Notes under the pieces: model-generated
Seen by the model: only the letters and a program-made list of their open reading frames with translations
Databases searched by the model: none
Told to the model about the DNA's origin: nothing
Virus record (IMG/VR): IMGVR_UViG_3300038393_002601
Span: 1-57,257 of that record
Source: a virus
Taxonomy: Duplodnaviria; Caudoviricetes
Length of the DNA stretch: 57,257 nucleotides
Direction: 5' to 3' (one strand)
In this document: piece by piece, positions 36,678-47,191 of the stretch
Position numbering within the stretch: position 1 is the first letter of the stretch
Layout: every line of letters starts with the position of its first letter
Program-made: the position numbers and the translations under genes

Positions 36678-37558
36678 CCGGACACCACCGTTCGAACGAA
36701 TGGACGCAACAATTCCTTTGCCGTAGTAACGTCGCTAGGTTTGTTGTAATCCATGCTGGTGCCCGAGACGGCCATACTGTTCATTTGCACCGCAAGGCTT
36801 CCTTTTTCTTTGATTAAGAAATTCGCTAGGAGAATCGTGGCTTGCTTGACGCTTGCGGGTAGGCAGGAGACATTCATTCCAGAGGAGTGTGCAAACAACA
36901 AAGGATTTACGAGCGTAATTCTATTGCCTGAGACACTTGATATCACGCAATATTCTTCATAAGCGGCATCATAAAGCGTAAATTTTAAACCAGGATAAGC
37001 CCCTGTTGCATCTTTGACGATGATGGTGGTATCCCCAGCATTGGCATCTTGAGCAAGCATCGTGTTCATATATCCGTTGATGTACGAATATTTCAAGGTG
37101 ATGCTGAGATCGCTAAGGAGCTGACGCGTAAACGGATTGATATATCCAAGACTTGAAGGTTGAAGAATCAAGTTCGGGCTCAAGGTATTTTGAGAGAATT
37201 GGTAGATGGTAAACCAGTTTTCGTAGGTTTGAATCATATCCAGTGGAATGGTAGAAAAGCCAATCAGCGGGGATAATGAATATTCCACACTTACTAGATT
37301 TAAAATCGGCACATTGTCAGGATGCACGATAATTCGTCCGTCTTTTCCAATGTGGACTTCTTTTGTTTCGGTAGTCACCGTTGCCTCGAGCGTATTCATC
37401 TTGACGATATTATCCACCCATGAGCTTGCTCTACGCAAAATGTTCAAAAGGGCTGCATCTTGTGCATCTGGATTTCCTAGATTGGTCTGGTCTAACTGAT
37501 CTAACTCAATTGCCGTGGGAGCCTGTTTGTATTCCGCTACCGTTACGTATAAACTCAC
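36674..37558 (-). CDS. Head-tail adaptor
   Basis: YVTVAEYK, LRRASSWVD, LP..VKQA, LL.PF. Confidence 0.75.
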   Translation of the reverse strand: MSLYVTVAEYKQAPTAIELDQLDQTNLGNPDAQDAALLNILRRASSWVDNIVKMNTLEATVTTETKEVHIGKDGRIIVHPDNVPILNLVSVEYSLSPLIGFSTIPLDMIQTYENWFTIYQFSQNTLSPNLILQPSSLGYINPFTRQLLSDLSITLKYSYINGYMNTMLAQDANAGDTTIIVKDATGAYPGLKFTLYDAAYEEYCVISSVSGNRITLVNPLLFAHSSGMNVSCLPASVKQATILLANFLIKEKGSLAVQMNSMAVSGTSMDYNKPSDVTTAKELLRPFVRTVVSG

Positions 37559-38064
37559 GCCGATTCCTCCTTTCGGTAAGATTCAATAACATCAAGTACC
37601 TCATCAGGCAAAAAACAATGCCATTCGTCGATTTCCCCATTTACGAGCATCTTTGCAATTTGAACAATTGCATGTTGCACTTGTACCGGTGCTTCTTTAA
37701 GACCTGCTCGGTATATAATTTCTACTTCCTCATAAGGAGTTCCAAATATACTAGGTGGTAGGGTTACTGAAGCGAATTGAGAGGTTTTAAATAGAAGTAC
37801 ATGAGTTGGGTCAATTTCGATCCAATCTGTAGAACCGAAATGTCTTCCATAGTCAAAAAAATAATGTCCTCCGTCGCTTGTGCGTGCCCGTATACGGACC
37901 AGTGAATGGACAGGGACATTTTTAATCGAAACGCCTCCTGGCATATATTTCAGCGTCTCGGTATGTTCTGTTTCTAACAATGGATAGCCGAGCAATCGCT
38001 CAAATATCGCTTCCGCCCGTTCGATCATTTCAGGATCGAACGAAGGATTTTCTAGGTAACGCAT
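37555..38064 (-). CDS. Second head-tail connector-like protein
   Basis: V.I.Y.AG....P..V..A; ..SYR C-terminus. Confidence 0.65.
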   Translation of the reverse strand: MRYLENPSFDPEMIERAEAIFERLLGYPLLETEHTETLKYMPGGVSIKNVPVHSLVRIRARTSDGGHYFFDYGRHFGSTDWIEIDPTHVLLFKTSQFASVTLPPSIFGTPYEEVEIIYRAGLKEAPVQVQHAIVQIAKMLVNGEIDEWHCFLPDEVLDVIESYRKEESA

Positions 38065-38297
38065 TATACAATCCCTAGAAGTTTCAATTCTTCGTGAATT
38101 TCCTTGGAGACGTTTGCTACGCCATCAACAAATAGCACGCTACCTACTTTCGTATAAACGGTATGGGTAGCATTTGGGTTTTCAACCGCTAATTTTACTT
38201 CTAAAATTTCAGGAACTTCTACTTCTTGCACTTCTTTTGTTTCTACAGCTTCTTGTACCACTTCTTTTACTGCTTTTTTTGTATTTTCTTTAGCCAA
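38064..38297 (-). CDS. Small head-associated protein
   Basis: V.F.DGVA.V motif; follows the capsid gene. Confidence 0.6.
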   Translation of the reverse strand: MAKENTKKAVKEVVQEAVETKEVQEVEVPEILEVKLAVENPNATHTVYTKVGSVLFVDGVANVSKEIHEELKLLGIV

Positions 38298-38320
38298 GGG
38301 TAAAACCTCCTAACATAAAT

Positions 38321-38346
38321 AAAAAGGGCGGATATCCCGCCCCTTT
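38321..38346 (-). terminator. Terminator after capsid gene
   Basis: GGGCGG/CCGCCC stem + T tract. Confidence 0.7.
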
Positions 38347-38348
38347 GA

Positions 38349-39353
38349 TTAGCGTTGAACAGCAACGATGGTATGAGCACCTGCTACGTTTTGCTTTACA
38401 ACAGGAGCACCGAACATTACACCAACATAGCTCTCATTTAAATTCGCAGCAGTACCAAGCTGGAACACACGAGGAGCTTTCGAGCCAATGTAGTGATGCT
38501 CTACTTCATTCTCAGAAAGGATAACGGCGAAGTAGTTCGCTTGACCAGCAGGAGCTGCATTTACTCCAGGAACTGTTGCATCCACTGGAATGTAAGCATC
38601 TGGGATCAACGGAAGAACGCCAGCTGCTGTTACAAGACCCGTTACAGAAAGTCCTGCAATACCATCTGTAATATCCGTTTGGATGAAACGAAGAGCAGAT
38701 GCAGAGTTTTTAACCTCAGCTTCCAACAGATCCAAAAGAAGCGGATTGATGTAGATCGCAGTTGGTTTTACTTCATAATTAGGGTTCGCCATCATTTGAG
38801 CCACTTGGCTACGCAATCCATCTACGATAGAAACGCCAGCAGCGATGGTAGCCGTTTTAGAGATCTGATTCAACAGACCTACATATTCAAACGAAGTACC
38901 ACTTCCTACTTGGTTACCAGAAACTGTATCGCTACCTACCCACAATTTTTTCGCATGCAAACGAAGCATACCATTGACCATGTCCGCCATGTCTTTTGCT
39001 TTGAGTTGCGGGAAGATTCCTTGTTGAGCTACCGTTTCAAGATCAAACAGGCTGTAATCGATACGGTTCGTGATGCTTTTGATTAATAGCGAACGCTCGA
39101 TACGAGTCGGTGCGGTAGATGCAGGATTGATTGCACGAGGATCACCGAATGCCCCATCAGCAATTCCAGTTTGCTCGAAGAAACGAGAAATCGAACCTGT
39201 TGCAGGAACATATTGAATACGTTGTGCCAATGCAGAACTTCTACGGACTAAATCCCCGATTTCTTTTTGAAAATCAGGAACCTCAATTGCACCTACTCCC
39301 ATGAAATCAGCAGCTGCGTTAATGTTTGTAAAATTTGCTTGAGAATTAGCCAT
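38349..39353 (-). CDS. Major capsid protein
   Basis: 334 aa after the scaffold; EYVGLLNQI, PTAIYINP, TAAG.LP.IPD. Confidence 0.85.
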   Translation of the reverse strand: MANSQANFTNINAAADFMGVGAIEVPDFQKEIGDLVRRSSALAQRIQYVPATGSISRFFEQTGIADGAFGDPRAINPASTAPTRIERSLLIKSITNRIDYSLFDLETVAQQGIFPQLKAKDMADMVNGMLRLHAKKLWVGSDTVSGNQVGSGTSFEYVGLLNQISKTATIAAGVSIVDGLRSQVAQMMANPNYEVKPTAIYINPLLLDLLEAEVKNSASALRFIQTDITDGIAGLSVTGLVTAAGVLPLIPDAYIPVDATVPGVNAAPAGQANYFAVILSENEVEHHYIGSKAPRVFQLGTAANLNESYVGVMFGAPVVKQNVAGAHTIVAVQR

Positions 39354-39478
39354 GTTTTATAGCCTCCTAATAATGTTTTTTGGAATAAAAAAAAGCCGTC
39401 AATTTGACGACTGAACAAAACTACTATTTATGAACATTGTTACTGAACACTAAAAGTAAAAATTAAAACAGTTACCTG

Positions 39479-40663
39479 TTACTTTTTATTGTTCTTTTGA
39501 CGTGCTTCGAATTTTAACGCCATACGTTGCTCTACACTTAAATCTTCGCGAGCGTCGATAGATGCAAGCAACGATTTGTAATCATCTTGTGGCTGAATAT
39601 CGTATTTCGCCATAAGTGTTACTGGGTACGCAACGGATTTACGTTGATGCTTTTCTTTTTCAACGTTTTCTGCTTTTAAAGAAGCAAGTTCTGCTAATGC
39701 AGCGTCCAACTTCTCTTGTATGCGAGCAGCTAAAATCGATTCGCCAGCGTTTAACTCCGTTGTTTCTTCTTTGGATGCTTTTACTTCGGTGTCTTCCTTA
39801 GATTCTTCTTTAGACTCATCTTCTGCAGACTCGTCTTTGGAATCCTCTTTAGAATCTTCCTCGGCATCCTTTGTTTCCTCTGCTGCGGGTTCTTCCGTCT
39901 TGCCTTCTTCATTTTCAGCAGATACTTCTTCGGTTTGCTCTTCTTTCGCTTCATCCTCATTGGACTGGACGTTTTCGAGCGTTTGGAATTTTGTATCGAC
40001 GTATTCTTGTAAGCCAGAAATGGCTTGTTTTAATTCGTCGAGTAATGCTTTTGTCGCTTCATCCACTTGCTTGACCTCCTCTTTTGCAGCAACTAATTGT
40101 GTTGCTTGATAACTAGCAGCTTGTTTCAATAAAATCGATGCCCCTGTAAAATAGCCAAGGGATTGCACAACAGCAACGGGCTGTCCGTTATATTCGCCTT
40201 CGGACAAAAGAGTCTGAGCGGTTTCATAACTAAATCCAAGGAGAGATTGATGATTAACAATCACTTGCGTTTCTTCTGGAAAATCAAACGCATAAACGTA
40301 ACCTTGGATATAGACTGGAATAGCCCCGTCGTCTTGTGGTTCTCCTGCTTGGGCTTGGGTGATGACACCTATTTTTTCAGTTGGTGCATGTCCATCCATG
40401 GTGTCGATAAAGTTTACGGCCATTCCCTTGAGGGAATCTAATGCCGGGATCCCTACACTCGATGGAATGAGTACACGCAATCCGCCAGCTCCATTTGGAG
40501 CGTAATCGGATGGTACATCAAAAAACGTCAAGATCCCCGCAAATGACTTTTGATTCGGATGCCCCGTTTCACTGATCGTGAAATCTGTGAGCCCATTTTC
40601 TGCGGTAATGGATGCTTGTACACTTTTCTGGTTGATTTCAGTTACCTTCAACGTCTTTATCAC
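39479..40663 (-). CDS. Prohead protease / scaffold
   Basis: H....KIGVI, LGFSYE, FTG..IL; acidic coiled-coil C-terminus. Confidence 0.8.
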   Translation of the reverse strand: MIKTLKVTEINQKSVQASITAENGLTDFTISETGHPNQKSFAGILTFFDVPSDYAPNGAGGLRVLIPSSVGIPALDSLKGMAVNFIDTMDGHAPTEKIGVITQAQAGEPQDDGAIPVYIQGYVYAFDFPEETQVIVNHQSLLGFSYETAQTLLSEGEYNGQPVAVVQSLGYFTGASILLKQAASYQATQLVAAKEEVKQVDEATKALLDELKQAISGLQEYVDTKFQTLENVQSNEDEAKEEQTEEVSAENEEGKTEEPAAEETKDAEEDSKEDSKDESAEDESKEESKEDTEVKASKEETTELNAGESILAARIQEKLDAALAELASLKAENVEKEKHQRKSVAYPVTLMAKYDIQPQDDYKSLLASIDAREDLSVEQRMALKFEARQKNNKK

Positions 40664-40668
40664 CCCCT

Positions 40669-42177
40669 TTACAGGCCGATGTCGGTCCCATGATCGGACC
40701 GTTGATTCATCGCTTTTTCTTTTGGCTGCGGTGCACCATATACACCGTTGTTCCCGTTATTGTTAGGATCATTAGGTTTGGCGTACTTCAGACCGATTTC
40801 TTTCTCTTTCAGTTCGTTGGTTGTTTTGTTACGTTCTTCCTGAAGTTTCTGCATGCCAGATGTGCCCGTATCTTCATCCACGCCAACCGCATCTTGTAGA
40901 GAAACAAAGCCTCCAAAGATAGCACGGTATTCAGATAGTGTGAGTGAGCCTTTGGAAGCACCGATTACGTCGCTGTAAGGTAAATCAGGCAGTCCAACCT
41001 CACGACGCATTTCATTGATCGTAAGAACATCCGCCTGAGCGTAAATTTGATGGATCACCGCAAGGCTTTTCCTATCTTGATAAGAAGTCGTAAAACGGAA
41101 TTTAAACTCGGCAAACTCATCAATCCCAAACAGCGGTAGAATTTGCTGATTAATGTAATGTTCCAAAGTATGACTCATGGGCCTTATTGCCCCTTCATCG
41201 GAGATATCGTCTAGCGTATCCCCTGTACTCCTGTTGACGCCTACATAATCATTGAACTTCATCGAATCGAGGTTAAATGCAGCCGCGATAATTGAAATTA
41301 AGAAACTTTGCCAAGTAAGGAATAATGCTTGGTCACTGGCAAGACCTAGTTCAACAGATTGAATTCCTTCTACTCCTCCGAAAATAGGCATGTGACTTCT
41401 GCCTTCAATCTCATTTTTGAAGTAGGTACGAAACTCCATTAATTGCTGTTGGCTAATGTCTTTACCTAGGTTGAGAAGTTTTTTAGGTGTGGCGTTAGAG
41501 GCTGTGGCTCCAGCGTAGGCTTGAGCGTTTAAAAAGTATTGAATTTGCTGGATACATACTTCTACGGGGCTTAATCCGAAAGGAGTTGATGAGCGTGGAT
41601 TGTGTTTCATCACCAAAAGATCACTATTTTTAAAATCAATGACTTTCCCGTGTAAATCTTCTTGGGCGTATCTTGGTTTTGATGGTGTTCCATCCCAATC
41701 CAAATAGATTTTTATAGAAGCTGAATCCACTGGAAACAACAAATACGGATGGTCTGGTTGGCTGAAAGGCTTTTTCTCACTTGCGGCCATTCCAATGACA
41801 AGCAAATCTTCTACCATTTGTCCAATCCAACTGACCCAGTTATCATCAAAATTTGGATTCCGTAACACATTTTTAGCGAGTTGAACTTTTTTCAGCTGCT
41901 GTTTGGTGAGCTTTTGATTCCCAATCGGGTCGATATCCCATGCTAATCGGCTCACTTGGTTACGGATATAATCCACTGCACGTCGTACAATTGGAGTCTG
42001 AGAAAAGTTCCTTAGTTGTTCGGTGTTGATTCGTGGATCAGAAGCTCCACTGTGTCCGACGGAAAACGTATAAAAGAATGGATTTTGAATCGCCTCAGAT
42101 TGTGGCTGCTTTCCACGGAAGGCGGACAAAGCCGCTTGTATGCGTTCTGAAAACTTCAACCGGTTCCCTCCTTTCAT
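40669..42177 (-). CDS. Portal protein
   Basis: GLSPVE, TINEMR...GLP; start may be TTG at 42159. Confidence 0.9.
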   Translation of the reverse strand: MKGGNRLKFSERIQAALSAFRGKQPQSEAIQNPFFYTFSVGHSGASDPRINTEQLRNFSQTPIVRRAVDYIRNQVSRLAWDIDPIGNQKLTKQQLKKVQLAKNVLRNPNFDDNWVSWIGQMVEDLLVIGMAASEKKPFSQPDHPYLLFPVDSASIKIYLDWDGTPSKPRYAQEDLHGKVIDFKNSDLLVMKHNPRSSTPFGLSPVEVCIQQIQYFLNAQAYAGATASNATPKKLLNLGKDISQQQLMEFRTYFKNEIEGRSHMPIFGGVEGIQSVELGLASDQALFLTWQSFLISIIAAAFNLDSMKFNDYVGVNRSTGDTLDDISDEGAIRPMSHTLEHYINQQILPLFGIDEFAEFKFRFTTSYQDRKSLAVIHQIYAQADVLTINEMRREVGLPDLPYSDVIGASKGSLTLSEYRAIFGGFVSLQDAVGVDEDTGTSGMQKLQEERNKTTNELKEKEIGLKYAKPNDPNNNGNNGVYGAPQPKEKAMNQRSDHGTDIGL

Positions 42178-43838
42178 TAAATTTTGGTGTACACAAAACC
42201 GTTCGATTTCTTCTTTGCAAGTTCCAGCACTTGAGCTGTTACGTCCAATCCGTCATCATGCAGAATCTTAGGCCATCTTTCGAATTGCTCGAGTAGATCG
42301 CGTTGATTCGGTAGGAATCGAATAAGTCCATTGGTGACTAACGGTTCCATAGCGTTTATACGAACTTCTTTTTTTACCGTGGATTTGAACTCCTTAAGCG
42401 GAAGATACAACCCTGCTTGCAAAGAACGTTTCTGCAATTCATCACGTAGGAATTGCTGGAACGCTACGGTTTCACAAGAGATGGCACTGTAGAAGTAATT
42501 TTTCGAGCGGTTGATAACTTCTTGAATGATTTGATCAGGATGGAGTTTTCGAATGAGGATATCAATCACATACACAATTCCTGAGCGGTTATTTCGAGCA
42601 ACCGTGATAATGGCTGTGGGATCTGAACGTTTGGTTTGACCCATGGATGGGTCAATCGCCATGAAATATTCGAGATTATCAGGGTCTAATTCTTCTGGTC
42701 TGTAAAAATGAATCTGATGAAAAATACGATTTCCTTCATCGATTGGGTCGTTTTGAAATTCCGAGTTGAAGGAATTTCGATCTTGGGCCCGTTTTTCCAT
42801 CAAAGCAAGGAGATCCATTCTTTCAGGCCATAATACTTTCGATCCAAGGTGCATCTCTTGTAAATGGTCCGCATAAAAATCCATTGCTTTTTTTCTGGCG
42901 ATACGACTGGATTCTGCTGGATCATTCCCTTCGGAACGGTCGAAATAGATCCTCTCCCACTCTTGCCACAAGTGCATGTTTTGCGGGTATTGTTCAATCG
43001 CCCGATACTTAATGGCTTTCCAGTCCGCAAATTCATTGATAACCTTGGATAACACACAATCATAGTGGAGTAACGTACCGATAAATATCAATTTTTTCTT
43101 CATCGGATCCCCTAGAGGTTCCACTACTTTCATGAAATAATCGAATGTCTTGGCAATTTGACTCGGCGTTGCTACCGTCTCATCGCTCTCGGCGTCATCT
43201 AAAATGACCTGAGGCCGGGCTTGCCCCCAGCGGCTTCCTCGAATTCGGTCGCCTGTACCGTGACTTTCAATACAAACATCATTTGCGGTTACAATGGTTG
43301 TTTGATTCCAAACTTTATCACCCTTGAGTTCACCAAAATCCTCAATGAATTTCGGATTGGATTCGATACATTGCTTAATCGTATCCAATAATCCAGCTGC
43401 ACCACTTTGGGTCGCATTTAGAATCATCCAATAAGGTTGTTTCACATCTTCCTGATAGGCCACCACCCACAATGGAAAGATATTGCTTGCTATCGTTGAT
43501 TTCGCATGTGATCTGGGAGCACAAATCGCTAGTTTTGAAGACGTTTTACATAAAGCTAACTCTCGTAATTCTCGAGCCAATTCATAATGAAACGGCGGGG
43601 AAGGGGTATCAGCATGAAGAAGATTAAAAGGTTCCTCAACATCACGGAAGTAATTCTTCGCAAAGACCATGATGTCTTGAAACCCATCTTCAATCCGTTG
43701 TAATTTATCGATTTCTTTTAAAACCAGGTAGTAGTTTTGTAAATCCTCTGGTTTTTTGGTAGAAGTAGAAATAGTTTTGAGTAATTCGGCCTGTTTTCGA
43801 AGTAAATTGATCCGCTCTGTGCGTTCCGATGATCTCAT
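42177..43838 (-). CDS. terL: Terminase large subunit
   Basis: APRSHAKST, ILDD, IGT, EFQNDP, AIDPS, HDDGLD. Confidence 0.93.
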   Translation of the reverse strand: MRSSERTERINLLRKQAELLKTISTSTKKPEDLQNYYLVLKEIDKLQRIEDGFQDIMVFAKNYFRDVEEPFNLLHADTPSPPFHYELARELRELALCKTSSKLAICAPRSHAKSTIASNIFPLWVVAYQEDVKQPYWMILNATQSGAAGLLDTIKQCIESNPKFIEDFGELKGDKVWNQTTIVTANDVCIESHGTGDRIRGSRWGQARPQVILDDAESDETVATPSQIAKTFDYFMKVVEPLGDPMKKKLIFIGTLLHYDCVLSKVINEFADWKAIKYRAIEQYPQNMHLWQEWERIYFDRSEGNDPAESSRIARKKAMDFYADHLQEMHLGSKVLWPERMDLLALMEKRAQDRNSFNSEFQNDPIDEGNRIFHQIHFYRPEELDPDNLEYFMAIDPSMGQTKRSDPTAIITVARNNRSGIVYVIDILIRKLHPDQIIQEVINRSKNYFYSAISCETVAFQQFLRDELQKRSLQAGLYLPLKEFKSTVKKEVRINAMEPLVTNGLIRFLPNQRDLLEQFERWPKILHDDGLDVTAQVLELAKKKSNGFVYTKI

Positions 43839-44287
43839 TCACTATCCACTTCCGCTGTGATATCAATAATTTTTGCTTCAGCTAAACGACGCTTTTCTAG
43901 TTCTCTTATCTCCGCGAGCAATTGTTCATTGCTCTTGCCCTCGATTGATGTAATTTCCACGTTGATATCATTGACAACTTCCCTGCGTTCGACGAGGTCA
44001 CCGTAATATTTCAAAATCAGTTCAATCGCTCGTATATTCCCGTTTTTCACTGACCTCATGACCTGCTTGTAGGCTTCTGACTTAAAGGAATCCATGTTCT
44101 TTTTCGCTAGATGATTCACTAGCTCGATGAATTCTGGATCGTTTTTCCATCTGTAAAATGTCCGCTCAGAGGTTCCGCAAGCTTTTGCAATTTCTCCATT
44201 AGACAGCTTTTCATCAGGATCAGCCATTAATTTTGCAGCCATCAGTTGTTTATTCGAGAATCTACTGTAATCAAACCCTTTTGCCAT
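43835..44287 (-). CDS. terS: Terminase small subunit (phBC6A51-type HTH)
   Basis: EIAKACGTSERTFYRWK.DP.F; directly upstream of terL. Confidence 0.85.
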   Translation of the reverse strand: MAKGFDYSRFSNKQLMAAKLMADPDEKLSNGEIAKACGTSERTFYRWKNDPEFIELVNHLAKKNMDSFKSEAYKQVMRSVKNGNIRAIELILKYYGDLVERREVVNDINVEITSIEGKSNEQLLAEIRELEKRRLAEAKIIDITAEVDSE

Positions 44288-44319
44288 CTTGGTTCCCTCC
44301 TTTCGAAAAAGTACAAATT

Positions 44320-44347
44320 AAAAACCGTTCGAGGAGTCGAACGGTTC
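44320..44347 (-). terminator. Terminator upstream of terS
   Basis: AACCGTTCGA/TCGAACGGTT stem + T tract. Confidence 0.7.
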
Positions 44348-44380
44348 ATGAATGGTTATACTGAATAGTGTTACTGAATA

Positions 44381-45895
44381 TTAAAGTTGAACCACGCGAA
44401 CAGTAGCCGAAGCCGCTGAGTTATTAATGACGGTTACGTTTGAATCATCATAATTTATCTGGATATTGTCAGTTGACTGAATTATCTTCTTTCCTTCAAT
44501 CCACGTTGCGTCGCGGAACTCGATTGTCTTAATCGAAGGAGCAGTTGCATCAGTCGTAACCGAGCGGATACGCCAGTATCTACGTTTTCCGACATTTGGT
44601 GTGTAGAACGAATAGTCAGTCGTAGAAGCAGTTTTATCGTTGGTTACTGTTTGTACCCATGTTACGTTGTCATCGCTGTACTCAACTGCAAGAGTTGTCG
44701 GTTGAGTAGTTGCTGTTGTATTTGTAAAGAGAACACGCACCATTCCGATTGCTTGCTCATTGCCTGCACCGAAGTCATAGCCGATATACCAGTCACCAGA
44801 ACCAGAACCTCCCGACCAGTATGTTGTGTCATTCAAGTCGAAAGCTTTGCTAGGAGTTAAAGTGGAAGAATATCGAGAAGCAAATGCCTTTGTCGAATCG
44901 ATGGCTTGGTTGGTGTTGACGACAGTTGAATAGCCAGTTACGAGATAAGCTTGTACGACTTTGTCTTTTCCACTTGCGATGTTTGCGAATTGTCCAGCCG
45001 CTACCGTTACGACATTTGACAATCTAGTTGGTCCGCCGATTGGTGCTGATTTGTAATTTAGCACGCCTGCATTATCGCTTAAATTATCGAGGACGGTTTT
45101 ATTTGTGTGCGTGTGGACATTAGAAATATCGATAGAGCTTTCCATTCCGCTTTGGGTTAGTTTTGCAAGAGTAGAAGCATTTGCTAGAGTTGCTTGCTTT
45201 CCATCTAACGCAGTTTGAAGATTTGCAATGTCCGAAATAGCATGCGTGTGTGTGCTGTTTGCTTTTCCAGCCAGTAAGTCGGTAGTGTGTTGACCTGAAA
45301 AAACAGTCGTCGTCGAAGGAGTTGTATCATTGATTGACACACCACCGCTTCCGCCTGTTCCAGCAGGTCCTTGTGGTCCTACATCACCTTTAAGGGCAAT
45401 TATATTCCAGTCGCCTGTTGCAACATCAGGGGCAGTTCCGCCGACAATCCCGTTGTTGACACAAACATAACTGCTTCCGTTGTAGCTAACAGCGTCTAGC
45501 AAGTTATAAGTCGTTCCACTTCCCCAAGCACCACGCCAGTTTAATGATTTTCCGTTCTGACCTGTACTACCCGCTGGCCCAGGACTTCCAGCAACTCCGG
45601 GATCCCCTTTATCGCCTTTTATACCTTGACTTCCAGGTTGACCTGCTCTTGCAAGTACATTCCAATACGTTGCATTCGTTGGTGCGATTCCTGCGGTAGT
45701 TGCCTGAATACAGATGTATGAAGAACCATCCGTAAATTCAACAGCATCATTTATTGCATACGAAACAGTATTGCTAAAATTACCTCGCCAATTAATTGCG
45801 GATCCTGTTCCCGTTCCAGATGATGATGTGGAAGCAGATGTAATGTTTTTGAGTTCCTTTTCAATCAGTGCTTTGATTCCTAGTTGTAATGGCAT
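44381..45895 (-). CDS. Fibre/adhesin: two CBM5/12-like repeats, collagen GXY segments, C-terminal discoidin (F5/8C)-like domain
   Basis: NWRG....Y...DAV...GSSY.C twice; GXY runs; AFD....TYW, YSDD...W, RYWRI. Confidence 0.8.
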   Translation of the reverse strand: MPLQLGIKALIEKELKNITSASTSSSGTGTGSAINWRGNFSNTVSYAINDAVEFTDGSSYICIQATTAGIAPTNATYWNVLARAGQPGSQGIKGDKGDPGVAGSPGPAGSTGQNGKSLNWRGAWGSGTTYNLLDAVSYNGSSYVCVNNGIVGGTAPDVATGDWNIIALKGDVGPQGPAGTGGSGGVSINDTTPSTTTVFSGQHTTDLLAGKANSTHTHAISDIANLQTALDGKQATLANASTLAKLTQSGMESSIDISNVHTHTNKTVLDNLSDNAGVLNYKSAPIGGPTRLSNVVTVAAGQFANIASGKDKVVQAYLVTGYSTVVNTNQAIDSTKAFASRYSSTLTPSKAFDLNDTTYWSGGSGSGDWYIGYDFGAGNEQAIGMVRVLFTNTTATTQPTTLAVEYSDDNVTWVQTVTNDKTASTTDYSFYTPNVGKRRYWRIRSVTTDATAPSIKTIEFRDATWIEGKKIIQSTDNIQINYDDSNVTVINNSAASATVRVVQL

Positions 45896-45909
45896 TATCT
45901 AGTCACCTC

Positions 45910-46305
45910 CTAAGAAACAAAAACAATAACGATTGGATTTGTATTGGTCGTGTTTACCACGATATTCACCGCTGTGAGAGATGAAAATGGCGTATAGGTA
46001 TCAGCTGCATCCAGCGGAATTTGATTTTCTGTATCGTTATTGAAATACACATAGGCATCCGTTACAGGAACGCGTTTGAAATTTGCACAATATGCTCCAG
46101 CTGGAACCGTTACTGTTTTGGTACCCGCTGAAGATATATCTACGTTCACTACCGTGAGCTGATGGATCACTTCGTTTTTTGTGACTAATGTTCCATCATC
46201 CGTTGCATTGGCTGGCAGCCACGTTCCATCTGATAGTTCAACAAACATTCCAGATGGTTCTCCACCACCCGTTATCGGCACTTTTCGTGTCGTCACTAGC
46301 ATCAC
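45910..46305 (-). CDS. Small beta-rich probable virion protein
   Basis: 131 aa, RBS AAAGGGTG, co-transcribed with the fibre gene. Confidence 0.6.
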   Translation of the reverse strand: MMLVTTRKVPITGGGEPSGMFVELSDGTWLPANATDDGTLVTKNEVIHQLTVVNVDISSAGTKTVTVPAGAYCANFKRVPVTDAYVYFNNDTENQIPLDAADTYTPFSSLTAVNIVVNTTNTNPIVIVFVS

Positions 46306-46374
46306 CCTTTACTCATGAATTTTTAAAATTGTATATTCTTGCTGCTCTTCACGAGCAAAGCGTTTATATATGTA

Positions 46375-46419
46375 AAAAATAAAACGACGGCTTGTCCGGG
46401 GGATGGACATAACCGTCGC
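46375..46419 (-). terminator. Terminator downstream of the tRNA-like gene
   Basis: GCGACGGTT.TGTCC/GGACAAGCCGTCGT + T tract. Confidence 0.65.
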
Positions 46420-46497
46420 CAATGGGGGAAACATTTATATGGGGTTATTGCTGCGGATCTATTCATGGCAGCGGTGTAGGTACGTTAAATCATTTTT

Positions 46498-46619
46498 TGG
46501 TGGCAAAGGCAGGATTCGAACCTGCAATTTGTGAGGGTTCGTGAGGATCCCTTGTTACTCACTTCCTCAACCTATGGATCCCCGGTGGATCCACGCGTCT
46601 ACCATTCCGCCACCTTGCC
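46498..46619 (-). ncRNA. tRNA-Leu-like RNA with aberrant anticodon loop and giant variable arm
   Basis: Acceptor GGCAAGG/CTTTGCC-A-CCA; D arm GCG-GAATGGTAGA-CGC; stem TGGAT/ATCCA with 9-nt loop CCACCGGGG; ~49-nt variable region; T arm GCAGG-TTCGAAT-CCTGC. Confidence 0.85.
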
Positions 46620-47191
46620 CTATGATTTCACTCCTGTTACATACACACAACGCTGTAATGAAATTCAATAAATTTTATGAACCTATACCCTGAAAACTAA
46701 TAAGATTGTTTATTGCTTTTCAGTATTCATATTCCCTAGACAAGTTCCTACTTCCTGAATCCTAATACACAAATCAATTAAGGAATTGTAATACATTTCA
46801 ATGAACACCAACACTTAAATGATTAATATTCATTTTTACTGTTCCGTAATAGTGAACATAAAAAGTATTAAGAAAAACAATTCTGTAATACACATATGTA
46901 ATAAAAATTGCTGCACACTTAATATATAAGCGATTTCCACGAAATGACGACAAGAAAAACAAAAAAATTTATATGAATTTAATGTAAATTTACTAGATTT
47001 ACATGTAGAAGATTAAAAGAATCATTATTTATCTATTAATATCATCATATTTTTGATATTTTTTGCTTGTTTTAGTATATAAGTGAAAGTCTGCAGTGAG
47101 AAAACTAACTGGTGAATTATGAATCGGATTCAAACTTATTCGAGGATTAAGAAGGGGGAATTTTTATGAAAATTTTACGTATGAAGCAATT

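Noticed and set aside
46498-46619. Ordinary tRNA with assignable anticodon, or an attP site
   Set aside because: 9-nt loop without U33 gives no credible anticodon; no integrase was recognised
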